Positions 35,880-47,992 of a DNA stretch of 64,000 nucleotides are shown piece by piece. Both the position numbers and the translations under genes were made by a program. Every line of letters begins with the position of its first letter. Position 1 is the stretch's first letter. A model generated the notes under the pieces. It made no database searches and had not been told where the DNA came from. It saw nothing but the letters and a program-made list of their open reading frames with translations. Source of the stretch: Callorhinchus milii (taxonomy: Eukaryota). Location: contig NW_024704743.1 of the NCBI RefSeq assembly GCF_018977255.1, positions 29,514,001 to 29,578,000 on the forward strand, given 5' to 3'.

Positions 35880-37149
35880 ACAGGCTGGGTTTGAGATACT
35901 CTACCATAACTTTCAATGCTTGTTTCCCACCACAAATGCAAAAAATACCTTCCTCACACAGACACCCAAACAATTCTTTTTGTAACAATTCATAACAGTG
36001 AACCTTGATGGGTGTGTGTGATAAGGACATGTCCTGTTTGCTATTTCCTCATCAGCCAATTGTGCCATTCTTGGGAGGCAAAGAATTTTGGTATTCATCC
36101 ACCAGTTAACTGAGATGATGTCTTCCTCCTACCCCTATCCCACCCCCCCATACCCCTGAAAGTTTCTATAAGTCTCATTTTCCCAGTATACTACAGTCTG
36201 GACAGGAAGTGCCAACAGAGGAAGCTCTGGTGATGAAGAGGGTCATGAGTTACTTCAAATTGACCTTTCAGATCTTATCTACATGATAGATGTGGGATAA
36301 TAAAAATGAGCATAAATAAGTCATGTCATAAACGTTTTACATTGTGTAAAGATACGGTAATAATTGTAGATCTTGCAGCAATTTAAACAAAAGGCAGCAG
36401 GCCACCTTTTCTATTTTGATAATGCTTCAGAAAAGGGAAAGAAAACACAGAACAGGATACATATTAGGATTAATGATTAATTGCCTATTATTTTTCCTGT
36501 CGGCTTTAATGCCCAAGGTTTCTGGCAAAAGATCTAAAACTGGGTCCCCCACAAACTGTTGTCTTGTTTTCAAAACACAAATTTATAAATATGTTTTTGG
36601 TCTCAGAGTTGAGAGTTGTAAATCACATGTTACCAAGCCACTGAATCTGAGAAGGCAACACTCTAAGCATCTCATTTAAGTATAGCACTTGTTTAAATAT
36701 ATCTAACAATGAGATTACACATTTGGCAAACCACTATGATAGGTGAAAGTTAGGTAGGAATTAACTCATAGTTCAATCACAAAATACAGTATACTTTGTG
36801 AAGCACTTTGAGATGTCTCGATGATGTGATATGGTACTACACTAAATACAAGTATTATTATTATATATTACTCAAAAATTTAATTGGAGTCTTTTGAAAA
36901 ATGGTGGGAAAATTATTCTCACCTTTTGTATTTGTTTTCCACTTGTATGTTGTTTGTTGAAAAAAGCAAACTTTGCTAATTTATTTAAATTTTCTTCAAT
37001 ACCCAGCAACAAAAACAGCACACAGTAGATTCTGGATTGTCAAATTGGAATCAAGAATTGTAATGCTTCATTCTTCGGGAATATTTGATTTGTTTACTTA
37101 TAGCTCAAACTTGCCGCTCAGCGTGATCTAAGGTCGACTAACACTCAAA

Positions 37150-37470
37150 TGCAGTCGTGGAGAATCGTTGCATTGTTGGAGGTGCCATCCTTTGAATGAG
37201 ACGTTAATCTGACAGCTCCATCTGCCTGCTCATGTGGATGTTAAAGAATCCATGGAATTTTTTAAAAAGAAGTAGTGAGTTTCCCTCAGTGTCTTGGGCA
37301 ACAATGCCCCAAACAAAATTCATTTTATGGCTGTTTGTGGGACATTTCTGTGTGAAAATTGACTCCTGCATTCGCCTACAAAATACATAATCACAACACT
37401 TTAAAGTATATCCTGTGAAGTGTTTTGATGTGCAAGAACCTATATTAAATGCAAGGCTTCTCATTATTTA
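37150..37470 (+). mobile_element. Deu-domain SINE (family A), 5'-truncated
   Basis: tgcattgttggaggtgccatcctttgaatgagacgttaa..gctgtttgtgggaca.. Confidence 0.8.
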
Positions 37471-38009
37471 TTAATAAGGAAAGATTTAGGAAGTCAGTAA
37501 CTCTGAGGAAAATTATTAAAGGGAGCTCTGAACCAATCCATTGAGATTGTTTTGTTTCAAATCCTGAAGGTGCACTTAAAACATGACCTGCCTGATTATA
37601 TTTGCCCACAGAATACACAGTCAAATCGCTTTACAGTACATCCTGTGAAGCGCTTTGGGATGTCTCAATGAAATGATAACAATATCAAATACAAGAATTA
37701 TTATTATTATTCTGATACTATGATCTATAGATACAATAACTTGGTTGTTTGTTCCATTATTGTAATATCCTGGATGAGCCACAACACAGAGTCCAATATG
37801 TAAGGATTTGTTCACAACCCTCCTTTGACCAATTTATCTGTTTTCGGCATTGACACCAGAGTTAATCCCCATACATGTGTAGTTTTGCTCTAAATAACTA
37901 TTAAATTGCAATGAAACACAACATAATATAATTTCTGTGGTTATAAAAACAACAATTTATAAATGCCCATTTTACATGCTGCACAAGTACAGAATATAAA
38001 ATGGCAAAA

Positions 38010-38950
38010 TAATAATCCTTGCATTTGATATAGTGCCTTACCATGTTCTTGCAAAGCAAAGTACTTGCTTGACATGAGTTTACTGTAAAGTGTAGTAAAG
38101 TGTAGTAGTGCAGTGAAGTGAAGTCCTATAGCTCAGTAGTTAGTGTTCTCGCCTCGCAAGCGAGAGATCTGGGTTAGATTCCCTGCAGGGTGAAACTTTG
38201 TGCAAGTTTCCTTACTCCACACGTCTGATAATAATCCCTCAAGAAAAAAAACAATAATAATAATAATCCTTGCATTTGATATAGTGCTTTTCACGTTTTC
38301 TAGACCTCCCAAAGCGCTTCACAGAATATACTGTAAAGTGAATTGACTGTATATTTGTGGGTGAACGCGGCAGCCAATTGCGCACAGCAATATCCCACAA
38401 ACAGTCATGGATTGAAAATGACCAATTTATTATTGTTTTGTTTTTTTGGAGGGATTATTATTAGGCGTGTGGAGTAAGGAAACTTGGCCAAGGTTTCGCC
38501 CTCTGCCTGAAATTGAACTCAGGTCTCTCACTTGCAAAGTGAGTGCTCTAACCACTGAGCTACAGGATAATAAAATTGGTCACTTCAATCCACAAGTGTT
38601 TGTGGGACACTGCTGTGCACAATTGGCTGCCGCGTTTCGCCCAAAAATATACAGTCAATTTACTTTACAGTATATTCTGTGAAGCACTTTGAGATGTCTA
38701 GAAGGCGTGAAAACGCTATATCAAATGCAAGGATTTTTTTTATTTATTATAGTAACTGAGTATTTCTAGGAGAATGTGGCAGCCAATTTGCACATAGCAA
38801 TATCCCCTGAACAGCCATGAAGCAAATGGCTAATTTTATCTGGAGGTTTATTGGTCAGGGCAAGCAAAGGGGAATGTGAACCCTGCAAATTGTGGGACTT
38901 GAGACAACAACTTTCTGACTGAGAGGCTGCTGTCTGAGTCAGGCTGACAC
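38010..38950. mobile_element. Triple-nested SINE cluster: family A (-) containing family B short (+) containing family B short (-)
   Basis: Outer tail 38010-38110 with the remainder at 38752-38950. Middle copy head 38122-38250 and tail 38567-38750. Inner copy ~38253-38566. Confidence 0.8.
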
Positions 38951-40668
38951 CTTAGAAGAGCATTAAGATTTCAGATCACAAACCACATTGTCAATAAGGG
39001 CTATAACATACTTAAACCTACAATTTGGAGGAAAATACTGTGAAGTTTAGAAGTCTGTACAATTCTGGAAAATTACTTTTTGTAATTTTCTATTACTGAA
39101 TTGCGAAAGACAAATGAACTATTATATTTTGTCCTTGTTACGCTTGTAGCTATTTTAATTGGGGCTAAAGCTATTTCTTCTGAGTTTGTGTGGCACTCTT
39201 GTGATCTTATCAAATTTGGACTGCAATGTAAACATCACTTCTCACTGTAGGTCTGGCTCAGGCCAAATTGTCAAACTGTGTTAAATAAAATTTACACAGT
39301 GTTAACTTTCTTGAACTTTAGATGTCCTTTCTTACTTTTCACCAGTTCTTTTACGTTTTATCTTTAAGAAATTATGACAACATTAAAGAATTTACTGGAA
39401 ATGCTTGGCTGGCATCTACCCTCCTTGGGGACAGTGAATAATTATTCCATACATTTCTTAGTCATTACTATTTTGAAAGAATTCCATGGAATGTTTTGAA
39501 CAGATTCAAAGAACTATGAGAAAAGGATACTATATAATTTTGATTTATGGTACACTTGAAATATAAGCTGCAAAGACCAAATGGGTGCTTTTTAACACTT
39601 TGTCGTAAATTATGTTCCAATGGAATTTGATATGGCTTTACAGTCACTACAAGAATTATCAACAAATGCTTAGCAATTTCCAGTAGCACAAAATGTCTTG
39701 AGGCTCTTCTTTTTAAGTGCAGAAGATGTTTTTGTACCACAGAACAAGTGAGTTACAAACCTAATATTTCACGTAGCAGTTGTTAAAGTGATGCCAACCT
39801 TTCCAAATGTAGTTCAGAAAGAACATAACACATGCCTGATAAAAACAGAGCCCCAAAAGCATAGTTAAAGAGGTAGTTTTTTAAAAAAGGTTTACCTGAC
39901 CTCCTTGTTTCGAACATTGATGTGCCCAAGTGATTCAATCCTTTACTACAGTGAGCAATTTGGTTGCATCAATTTGTCACTCCATCCACTTTTCGTAAGC
40001 CATGATAGCTTCAGTTTGGTCATTTTGACTTTTCACGTATTTTGGAGGCAGGAGTCATGAGTTGGGTACAAAAGAAAGCTGTTTCTGCTCAACCCTAATA
40101 ACATACTCAAAGCCACGGTTCAGAAAAATTGCTTCCCCAATATATCGGTGTGAGCTGTTTCATTTCCCATATGGTCTTGTGCCCTTGCTGAGTGAAATTG
40201 CCAAATTAGCACTAATTACTGCAAACTTCTGGATAATCGTGTGCTGTCAAAGCACAGATTCCAAGGACTGTGTTGAGATTGTGCAAATGTATTTCAAATA
40301 AGAGCCTTACACCTGACAGAGGAGACTGTCATTCTATAAGTGTGGCTTTGAATCTAGGTTGCCAGAGATGAAAGAACAGAATGCAAATTTTACTATAACC
40401 CAAGTTTGGCCTAAAATATTTATTGGCATATTTTTATATTTGGTATTAACTTAACTCAGTTATAACACTCTCGTTTGGGTTAGTTGTCTCATAGCCTCTT
40501 TTGGGACAACTTCTTTTGCATCCATAACCGGACCCTCTCTTACCTCAGCAATAACCTGATAATTGTTGCCTGTGCAAAGGATTATAGAACAAAAATGATG
40601 ATTTATTTTACCAATGTGATAACCATGGATTCTTTTCACATGTGAAATCAGGAGTTCAGAAGTATGTT

Positions 40669-40935
40669 ATAATAATAATCGTTGCACTTGATACAGCGCT
40701 TTACCATGTCATTGAAACATCTCAAAGCACTTCACAGAATAAATTTAAAGTGGATTGACTTTGTATTACGTGGGTGAAACGTGGCAGCCAATTGCGCACA
40801 GCAGTGTCCCACAAGTAGTACTACTTACTGCTCAGTAAATAGAGGCATTTGGAGGCAGAAATCTTGCCTAAGGTTTCACCTGGGCCCAAGTCCTCTCACT
40901 TGCAAGTGCGCTAACCAATATCCTATGGAACTCCA
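40669..40935 (-). mobile_element. tRNA-Ala-headed SINE (family B, diverged)
   Basis: Same tail, half-Deu and CORE-like block as the other family B copies. Confidence 0.75.
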
Positions 40936-41699
40936 CAATTATAAATATAGATTATGAATCTAGAAAAAAAGCAAATACTTCATAAAAGCAAGTATAAACT
41001 AAAAGGACAGCATTTAATCTTTACAGAGGAACCAGTGCTGCTCCCAGTTTAAATAACATGAATTGTTGGCTGTTTTCTTTCATATCTAAAAAACTTTTCT
41101 TTGTATATATTCATATGCCTATAGCTAAATGCAAATGTGAATTGAGGAAAAACACTTCACAGAATATACTATCAAGTGGATTGACTGTATACCTTGTGTG
41201 CAAAACTCCCTCTTCAACATCCAAATTGACTCAGCGCATTAAAAATTATACTCAGTAAATGTTCAGGATAAAGACAATCTTTCCAATAATGAAAGATGAA
41301 TATAAAACCAATTGTTTGATCCCTGAGAAATTGAAGGCTGGAATCAGAGGTGTCCCTTTGTTCCAATTCCACCTGTATCGTCTATGCATCTTAGTGCTGA
41401 AAAGTACTTCTGAAATGTGCATCTTCACCGAATAACTGCTTGATAGAAGCCAGTTAGGCCTGAAAATGTTTCTTCACACAGAGGCTGGTGAAAATGAGGA
41501 ATGCACTGCAGCATAAGGCAGTAGAGGCAGAGTCAATTTGGATGTTGAAGAGGGAGTTTTGCACACAAGGTATGCAGTCAATCCACTTGATAGTATATTC
41601 TGTGAAGTATTTTGAAACAACTCAACAATATGATAATTCACTATATCAAATTCAAGGATTATTATTATTTTAGACAGAAACTTGGGCTTTATTTTTGGT

Positions 41700-43595
41700 T
41701 ACCTGGGTATCTAGTACATGCACAAACTAATCGCTATGTTTAAGAGTATCCAAACTGGACTGAGAGATCCATGTATTGATCCTGCACATAGAAATTCCAG
41801 CAGTTGGAATGAAATAATCACTCTCTCCCCGGAGGGATGCATACTGCTTACCTCATTCTGGAGAGTTTATAATTAGGGACGTCATTGTGGGACACTTAGA
41901 AAGCCATAATATGATTAGGCAGAGTCAACACGGTTTTATGAAAGGGAAATCGTCTTTAACAATTTTGTTTTTAGTTTTTTGAAGATGTAACTAAGAAGTT
42001 AGAAAGGGGGGAACCAGTAGATATAGTGTACTTAGATTTTCAGAAGGCATTCGACAAGGTGCCATGTAAAATAAGATTAGGACTCATGAAATTAAGGGTA
42101 ATATATTAGCATGGATCGAAGAATGGTTAACAGACAGAAAACAGAGAGTAGGGATAAATGGGTCCTTCTCAGATTGGCAGGTTGTGACGAGTGGAGTGCC
42201 GCAAGGATCAGTGTTTAGGCCTCAACTGTTTACAATCTACATCAATGACTTAGATGAGTTTAATGTATCTAGATTCACGGACGATACAAAGCTAGGCGGG
42301 AATGTAAGCTGTGAGGAGGACACAAAGGGATTTAGACAGGTTAAGTGAGTAGGCAAGAAGGTGGCAAATGGAGTATAAAGTGGGGAAGTGTGAAGTTATT
42401 CACCTAAGTAGAAGAAATAGAAAAGCATATTATTTTCTAGAGGGGAGAGACTAGGTAGTGTTAGTATTCAGAGGAATTTAGGTGTCCTTGTACACCAATC
42501 ACAGAAAGTTAGTATGCAGGTACAATAAGCAATTAGGAAAGCTAATAGTATGTTAGCGTTTATTGCAAAGGTGTTAGAGTACAAGAGTAGGGAAGTCTTA
42601 CTGCAATTGTATAGGGCCTCGGTGAGACCACACCTAGAATATTGTGTGCAGTTTTGGTCTCCTTATCTAAGAAAGGATATACTCGCCTTAGAGAGGGTGC
42701 AATGTAGGTTCACTAGGTTGATTCCTGGGATGAGGGGATTGACCTACGAGAAGAGATTGAGTAGACTAGGCCTATATTCTCTAGAATATAGAAGAATTAG
42801 AGGTGATTTTATAGAAACCTATAAAATTCTTAAGGGTCTTGACAGGGTAGATAGTGTAAGACTGTTTCTCCTGATTGGAGAATCTAAAACTAGGGGTCAT
42901 AGTCTCAGGATTAAAGCCCTTTAGAACTGAAAACATTTAGAGAAAACATTTCTTCATGTAGAGGGTAGTGAATTTATGGAATTCTCTGCCCCAGAAAGTT
43001 GTGGATGCTCAGTCATTGAACATATTCAAGACTGAGATCAATAGATTTTTACAAACTAAAGGGATTAAGGGATATGGGGATAGGGCAGGTAAATGGAATT
43101 AGGTTAGAAGATCAGCCATGATCTTATTAAATGGCGGTGCAGGCTCGAGGGGCTGAATGGCCTACTCCTGCTCCTATTTCTTATGTTCTTATGAGTAAAA
43201 GGTGCAGGTTAGCGAGAGATAAGGCTTGGGAACCCCAGAGTGTGCAGTAGAGTACTGCTCGAGCTTAGTCAACTAAAATGTATACTTTTCCATTGAAAGC
43301 ACTATCTGGTGAGCATTCCACTGCTTTTCTAGCTGGGACTACCCGACCCACTTAGCCTTTGCAGGGTTAACAGGTGCTGAGTGTGAAGAGTCCATGGCTT
43401 CAGTGACTGGTTTGCCCCCCAAATCCCTCCGATGAGCCAGGCTGGCTGGTCTATCAGCAGTGCCCTGGAGTACTGAGGACCCGCCTGGCTCAGGAACTGG
43501 ACCACTGAGACCGCCACAGAAGGTTGGCTCGATTTCAACATTTCGCTGCCAAGCATATCACCTTGCATCTATTTCAGCTCCAAACAGACCCGGCA
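41700..43595 (+). mobile_element. Full-length family C element split by a CR1 insertion
   Basis: 41700-41865 and 43194-43595 join to give the family C consensus; gagt is repeated at both junctions. Confidence 0.75.
41866..43193 (+). mobile_element. CR1 LINE, ~1.3 kb 5'-truncated (RT domain to 3'UTR), decayed
   Basis: Motifs SQHGFMKGKS, YLDFQKAFDKV, SGVPQGSV, FTDDTKLGG and LVRPHLEYCVQFWSPYL-like; tail ttcttatgttcttatg. Confidence 0.95.
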
Positions 43596-43613
43596 TTCTT
43601 CCATCCTCAGGAG

Positions 43614-43910
43614 GATAATAATAATAATCCTTGCATTTGATATAGCGCTTTTCACGTCGGGAGGACGTCTCAAAGTGCTTACAGAATAGTCTGTAAAGTG
43701 AATTGACTGTATATTTGTGGGCGAAATGCGGCAGCTAATTGCACACAGCAGTGTCGCACAAACAGTCGTGGATTTAAATTTATTGTTTTTTTTGAAGGAT
43801 TATTATCAGGCGTGTGGAGTAAGAAATTTTAGGGTTTCACCCTGCCAGGAATCGAACCCAGGTCTCTCGCTTGCAAAGCAAGCGCTCTAACCACTGAGCT
43901 ACAGGACTCC
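43614..43910 (-). mobile_element. tRNA-Ala-headed SINE (family B, short form), well preserved
   Basis: Head ggagtcctgtagctcagtggttagagcgcttgctttgcaagcgagagacctgggttcgattcctgg (TGC anticodon), lacking most of the CORE-like block. Confidence 0.9.
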
Positions 43911-44559
43911 ACTAATTGATAATTTGACAATTAAAGGGTAAAGAGAAAAGACGGATAAATTTAATTTTAAAATTTGCCATGATTGGATAACCTGGGGGAT
44001 CAGGCTCAATGGACTGAAGGGCCTCATCCTGTTTTTGCATTTCAATGATAATAGATATCCAAAACATTGCTTTTCAAAACTGTTTCACATTGTTCCCCAA
44101 TGTTCCCTTTGATGCTAAACCCTTAACTTTCCTAATTTCAGGTAATTGTAGTTGTAAAATGGGGATAAAACAATTCATAATCTTTACACTAATATTCAGG
44201 AATCCTGAACACCATTAGTTGGAATCCCAATAATAATAATCCTTGCATTTGATGTGGCATATTTCATGTCAGGAGGTTCTTGGGAATGTTACCAGCTGAG
44301 CCAGGCTAACACTAGACCCTGGATGACTCAGCTGGTAACTGGCACTGCCTGGAGTGCAGCTAATGAATTCAGAACTGGCCAGGCTTGATCCCCAGTGCTG
44401 AATTATCCGATGTCAGACTGGACAAGGTTGGAGTGCTATGATTAACTTTATTGCTATTGGGCTTGGAAAAGGGGAAAATATCAGTCATGCTCTGCGCTCC
44501 TAATCATTTCCAATGACTCTCACTTGGATGTCATCCTGCAGCGCAGAAGGAGGGGATTG

Positions 44560-45360
44560 AGCCCATCAGCCTGTGCTGACTCTTTTAAAGAGCTACCAAT
44601 TAGTTAACTTACCGCAAACCCTGCAAATGTTTCCTTTTTAAATACTTACCTAATTCCCTTTTGAAAGCTATTATCGAATCTGCTTCCACCACCCTTTCAG
44701 GCAATGCATTCCAGACTGAAGCTACTCCCTGGGTAAAAAACAAATCTCCTCATCTCCCCTCTAGTTCTTTTGCCAATTATCTTAAATCTATGTCCTCTGG
44801 TTAACGACCCACCCACTACTGTATCAAAACCCCCCTTAATTTTTAACACCTCTGTTAAATCCCATATTTAACTTCTCTGCTCTAAGGAGAATAATCCCAT
44901 CCCCTCTAATCTCTCCACATAATTGTAGTCCCCCAACCCTGGTATCATTCTTCTAAACCTCCTCTGCACCCTCTCCGAGGCCCTGACATCCTTCCTAAAG
45001 TGTGGTGCCCAAAATTGGACACAATAATCCAGATGAGGCCTAACCAGCGATTTGTAAAGGTTCAACATAATGTACTTGCTTTTATACTCTATGCCTCTAT
45101 TTATAGCCAAGGATCCCATATGTTTTATGAAACAGCTGTGTCAACTTGTCCTGCCACCTTTAAAGGTTTGTGTATGTGAACTCTCTAGGTCTCCCTGTTT
45201 CTGCACTCCCTTTAAAATGGTATGATTTATCTTATATTGCTTCTCCTCATTCCTCCTCCCAAAATGCAGCACTTCTTTGCATTAAATTTCATCTGCCATG
45301 TGTCCATTTCACCAGCCTGTCTATGTCCTCCTGTAGTCTGCTGCTATCCTCCACACTGTC
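44560..45360 (-). mobile_element. CR1 LINE 3' fragment
   Basis: ORF 44868-45119 'LYKSLVRPHLDYCVQFWAPHFRKDV..ERVQRRF'. Confidence 0.92.
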
Positions 45361-47434
45361 CATGAATCTCAAATGAGGACAGGATTAGGCTTGGTTGTTG
45401 TAATCTAATAGCCTGACAACACTCACTGTGCAGATTCACACGTGAAGGAAAAGTCACTTGGACAAAGGTGTCATTGGAAATGTAACTTGGCACAAGCCAG
45501 AACTGCAGGGGGAGGAGATGGGGAAAATGGAATGGAAAATAGACCAAACCAAAAACACACCTGTTAATTTCCAGTTGAAACACCCAAATGAAAACTTCAC
45601 AAAAATATTTCATTGTATTTTATTACTGAATACTCCAGCACTAAAGACCACTTGAAAGATGACAAAGGTGAAGTCTGATTTGGATCAATTGTTATAATAA
45701 AAATCTGAGAATGATTATTGCAGTTATTGTGCAACAGTTGTTTTAAATAAAACACCTTCTTATGTCATAGGTGTGTTAACTCAGACACACATGTTCTTAG
45801 TTTGAAACTATTCAACAATCCAAATCTTTTGAAACAAAATAATTGACTTGTACAGAAAAGTATGAATGTAAACTAGACCCTGTACCAGCTGTTTTCCTTT
45901 TGGGCCTCCTGTCTCAGCTCTAACTGGTTACATACTCTGTAGAATTGATAGACATTTTATTCATTGCAGCCAAGAAATGGATTCTATTAAAGTGGAATTC
46001 TCCTGACTCCCTTCCCCTTGACAAGTTTTTAAGAACAAAATAGAAATGATAATCTTTGACAACCAAACTAATTTTTCACAATTTAAGTACCATGAGTTGA
46101 GCTTGCGGACCCCACTGGTTCAATAACCTCACACTGTAATACACAGATTTTAGGGACTCCCAGGCATCAAACTGAACAAACTCTTTTCTCCCTTTGCATG
46201 AATTAGCTTTGGCAGAATATTTGCCTCCCCTCCCACTTCTCTCCCGGTGCATTGACATCTACTTTGCAATATTTGCCAACCCAGATTTCAAGTGCAAAAT
46301 TGTAATTTCCATCTGTGAATATTAATAGCCTCCAATCTGCAATATTTGCAAAACAGCTGATAGGAATTATTCAAAAGTAGAAAAGTGTGGAAAGAGGCCA
46401 TAGAACAAAGTGGTATCAGGTTGTTCCAGTCCTTTTTACATTTTGGGACTTCAGAAATTACAATGTGACTATCATAAATCTTGTTAACACATATTCTTAT
46501 CATGAATATTACAAATTAGACTCCAGTATCACCTTAAGTACATCTCAACTGTGCCTTGCACATTATTTACAGTGTGGGTATTCAAGGGTTATTTTGGTGT
46601 TTAGCACTTGAAACTAGCCCTAGTCATGGCATTGTCCTTTGGAAACACTTGCTGGTCCATGATGGTAGATGGCCTAATAAGAGTGTGTTTGGTTGTTTCA
46701 TTGTAGTAGCTAATCAAATACCTGGCAAAGTAATCAGTGACATCTCTGAAAGAATATAACCTTATTTACTTATATTATACAAATTTATCTGTACAGCTTG
46801 GAAAATGAAAGCTCTATGGAATTGTCAAAGCAGGAAGGCAAGATTCATGATACAAGTTCAGCAGGTATATCTTGGAGCAGAGAATGGGGTGTAATATGTT
46901 GCAATATCTAATGAGATTGCATTATAATGAAAATGAGTTGGGAATCCTTAGAATAACCAGAAGTATGTCACATGAGTTGTGCTAACTTGTGGGAAACCTG
47001 CTCTGAAAACAGAAAATGGAGCAGAATTCATCCACAAAATACACAGTCACTCCACTTACTATGTTCTGTGAAAGGCTTTGAGACCTCAATGACATGATCA
47101 GGCACTAAATAAAATGCAAGGATTATTATTATACGGCCTTATTAAGGAATTCCGTTAGAAAATGAACATATTCTATTCCAATCTCAGAGTTCAAGTCCCT
47201 TCAATAAGAACACACAGTTCCCTCATCTAAATATACAACTACAACATTTAAATATAGACCGGCACCATTTGGTGTTTTTCAGGACACTTCTAGTACTGAA
47301 TAGCAGGCGGCTGCCTTGAAACCTATTATTCCCCTTTACATGTCATTGGATCCCATGAAATGTAGCTGCTGAGATGTCGTTGTACAACTGTATTACATTA
47401 TCCCAATTGTAACGCTTGTAAAGTATTACAAGCC

Positions 47435-47992
47435 TTGTTCGTCACCTCCTGACTTGACTTTTTAAATGCTCTCTTCGCTAGTCTCCCCAGCTGCACATGC
47501 ACAGGATTCAGCTGATCTAAAACTCTGCTGCCTACATACTTAACCATACTAAACTCCGTACCCCCATCACACCAGTTCCAGCAGAGCTCCACTGACTCCC
47601 TATCGCCGGACAGATAGATTTCAAGATCCTCACACTTGTTTTCATATCTTTTCATGATTTGGCACCTCCCTACCTCTCCGATCTGCTTACTCCCCAACAC
47701 ACAAACCATTTCCTCCGCTTGACTGGCTCCATCCAGCCTTCTGCACGTCCCTTGAGCCCTTCATTCAACCATTGGTGGAAGCCACTATGCCCAGAAATTC
47801 TGGAACACTCTTCCTCTATACCTCTGCCTTGCCCCTTCCTTCCCCATTTTCAGATCGAGTCTAAAGACTTTCCTCTTTGACTGTGCCTACAGTCACCTCC
47901 CCCTTCCCCCGGCTCAGCTTCGTGCTCTGCCACTGTCAAGCTCTCTGGGACGCTACCCTGTGTGAGGGGCACTATATAAATGCAAGTTACTG
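47435..47992 (+). mobile_element. L2-clade LINE 3' end (diverged)
   Basis: 'FVTS.LD..NAL' and '[12 protein letters not shown]' frames plus an L2 tail ggcactatataaatgcaag. Confidence 0.85.

Noticed and set aside
43845..43910. tRNA-Ala-like sequence (also at 2925, 29400, 32310, 34410, 38125 and 38505)
   Set aside because: Each is the head of a SINE, continuing into a shared body and tail, and the acceptor stems are not intact. These are not tRNA genes.
44288..44340. 13-bp perfect stem gttaccagctgag / ctcagctggtaac
   Set aside because: Explained by two SINE-type A-box heads lying back to back.
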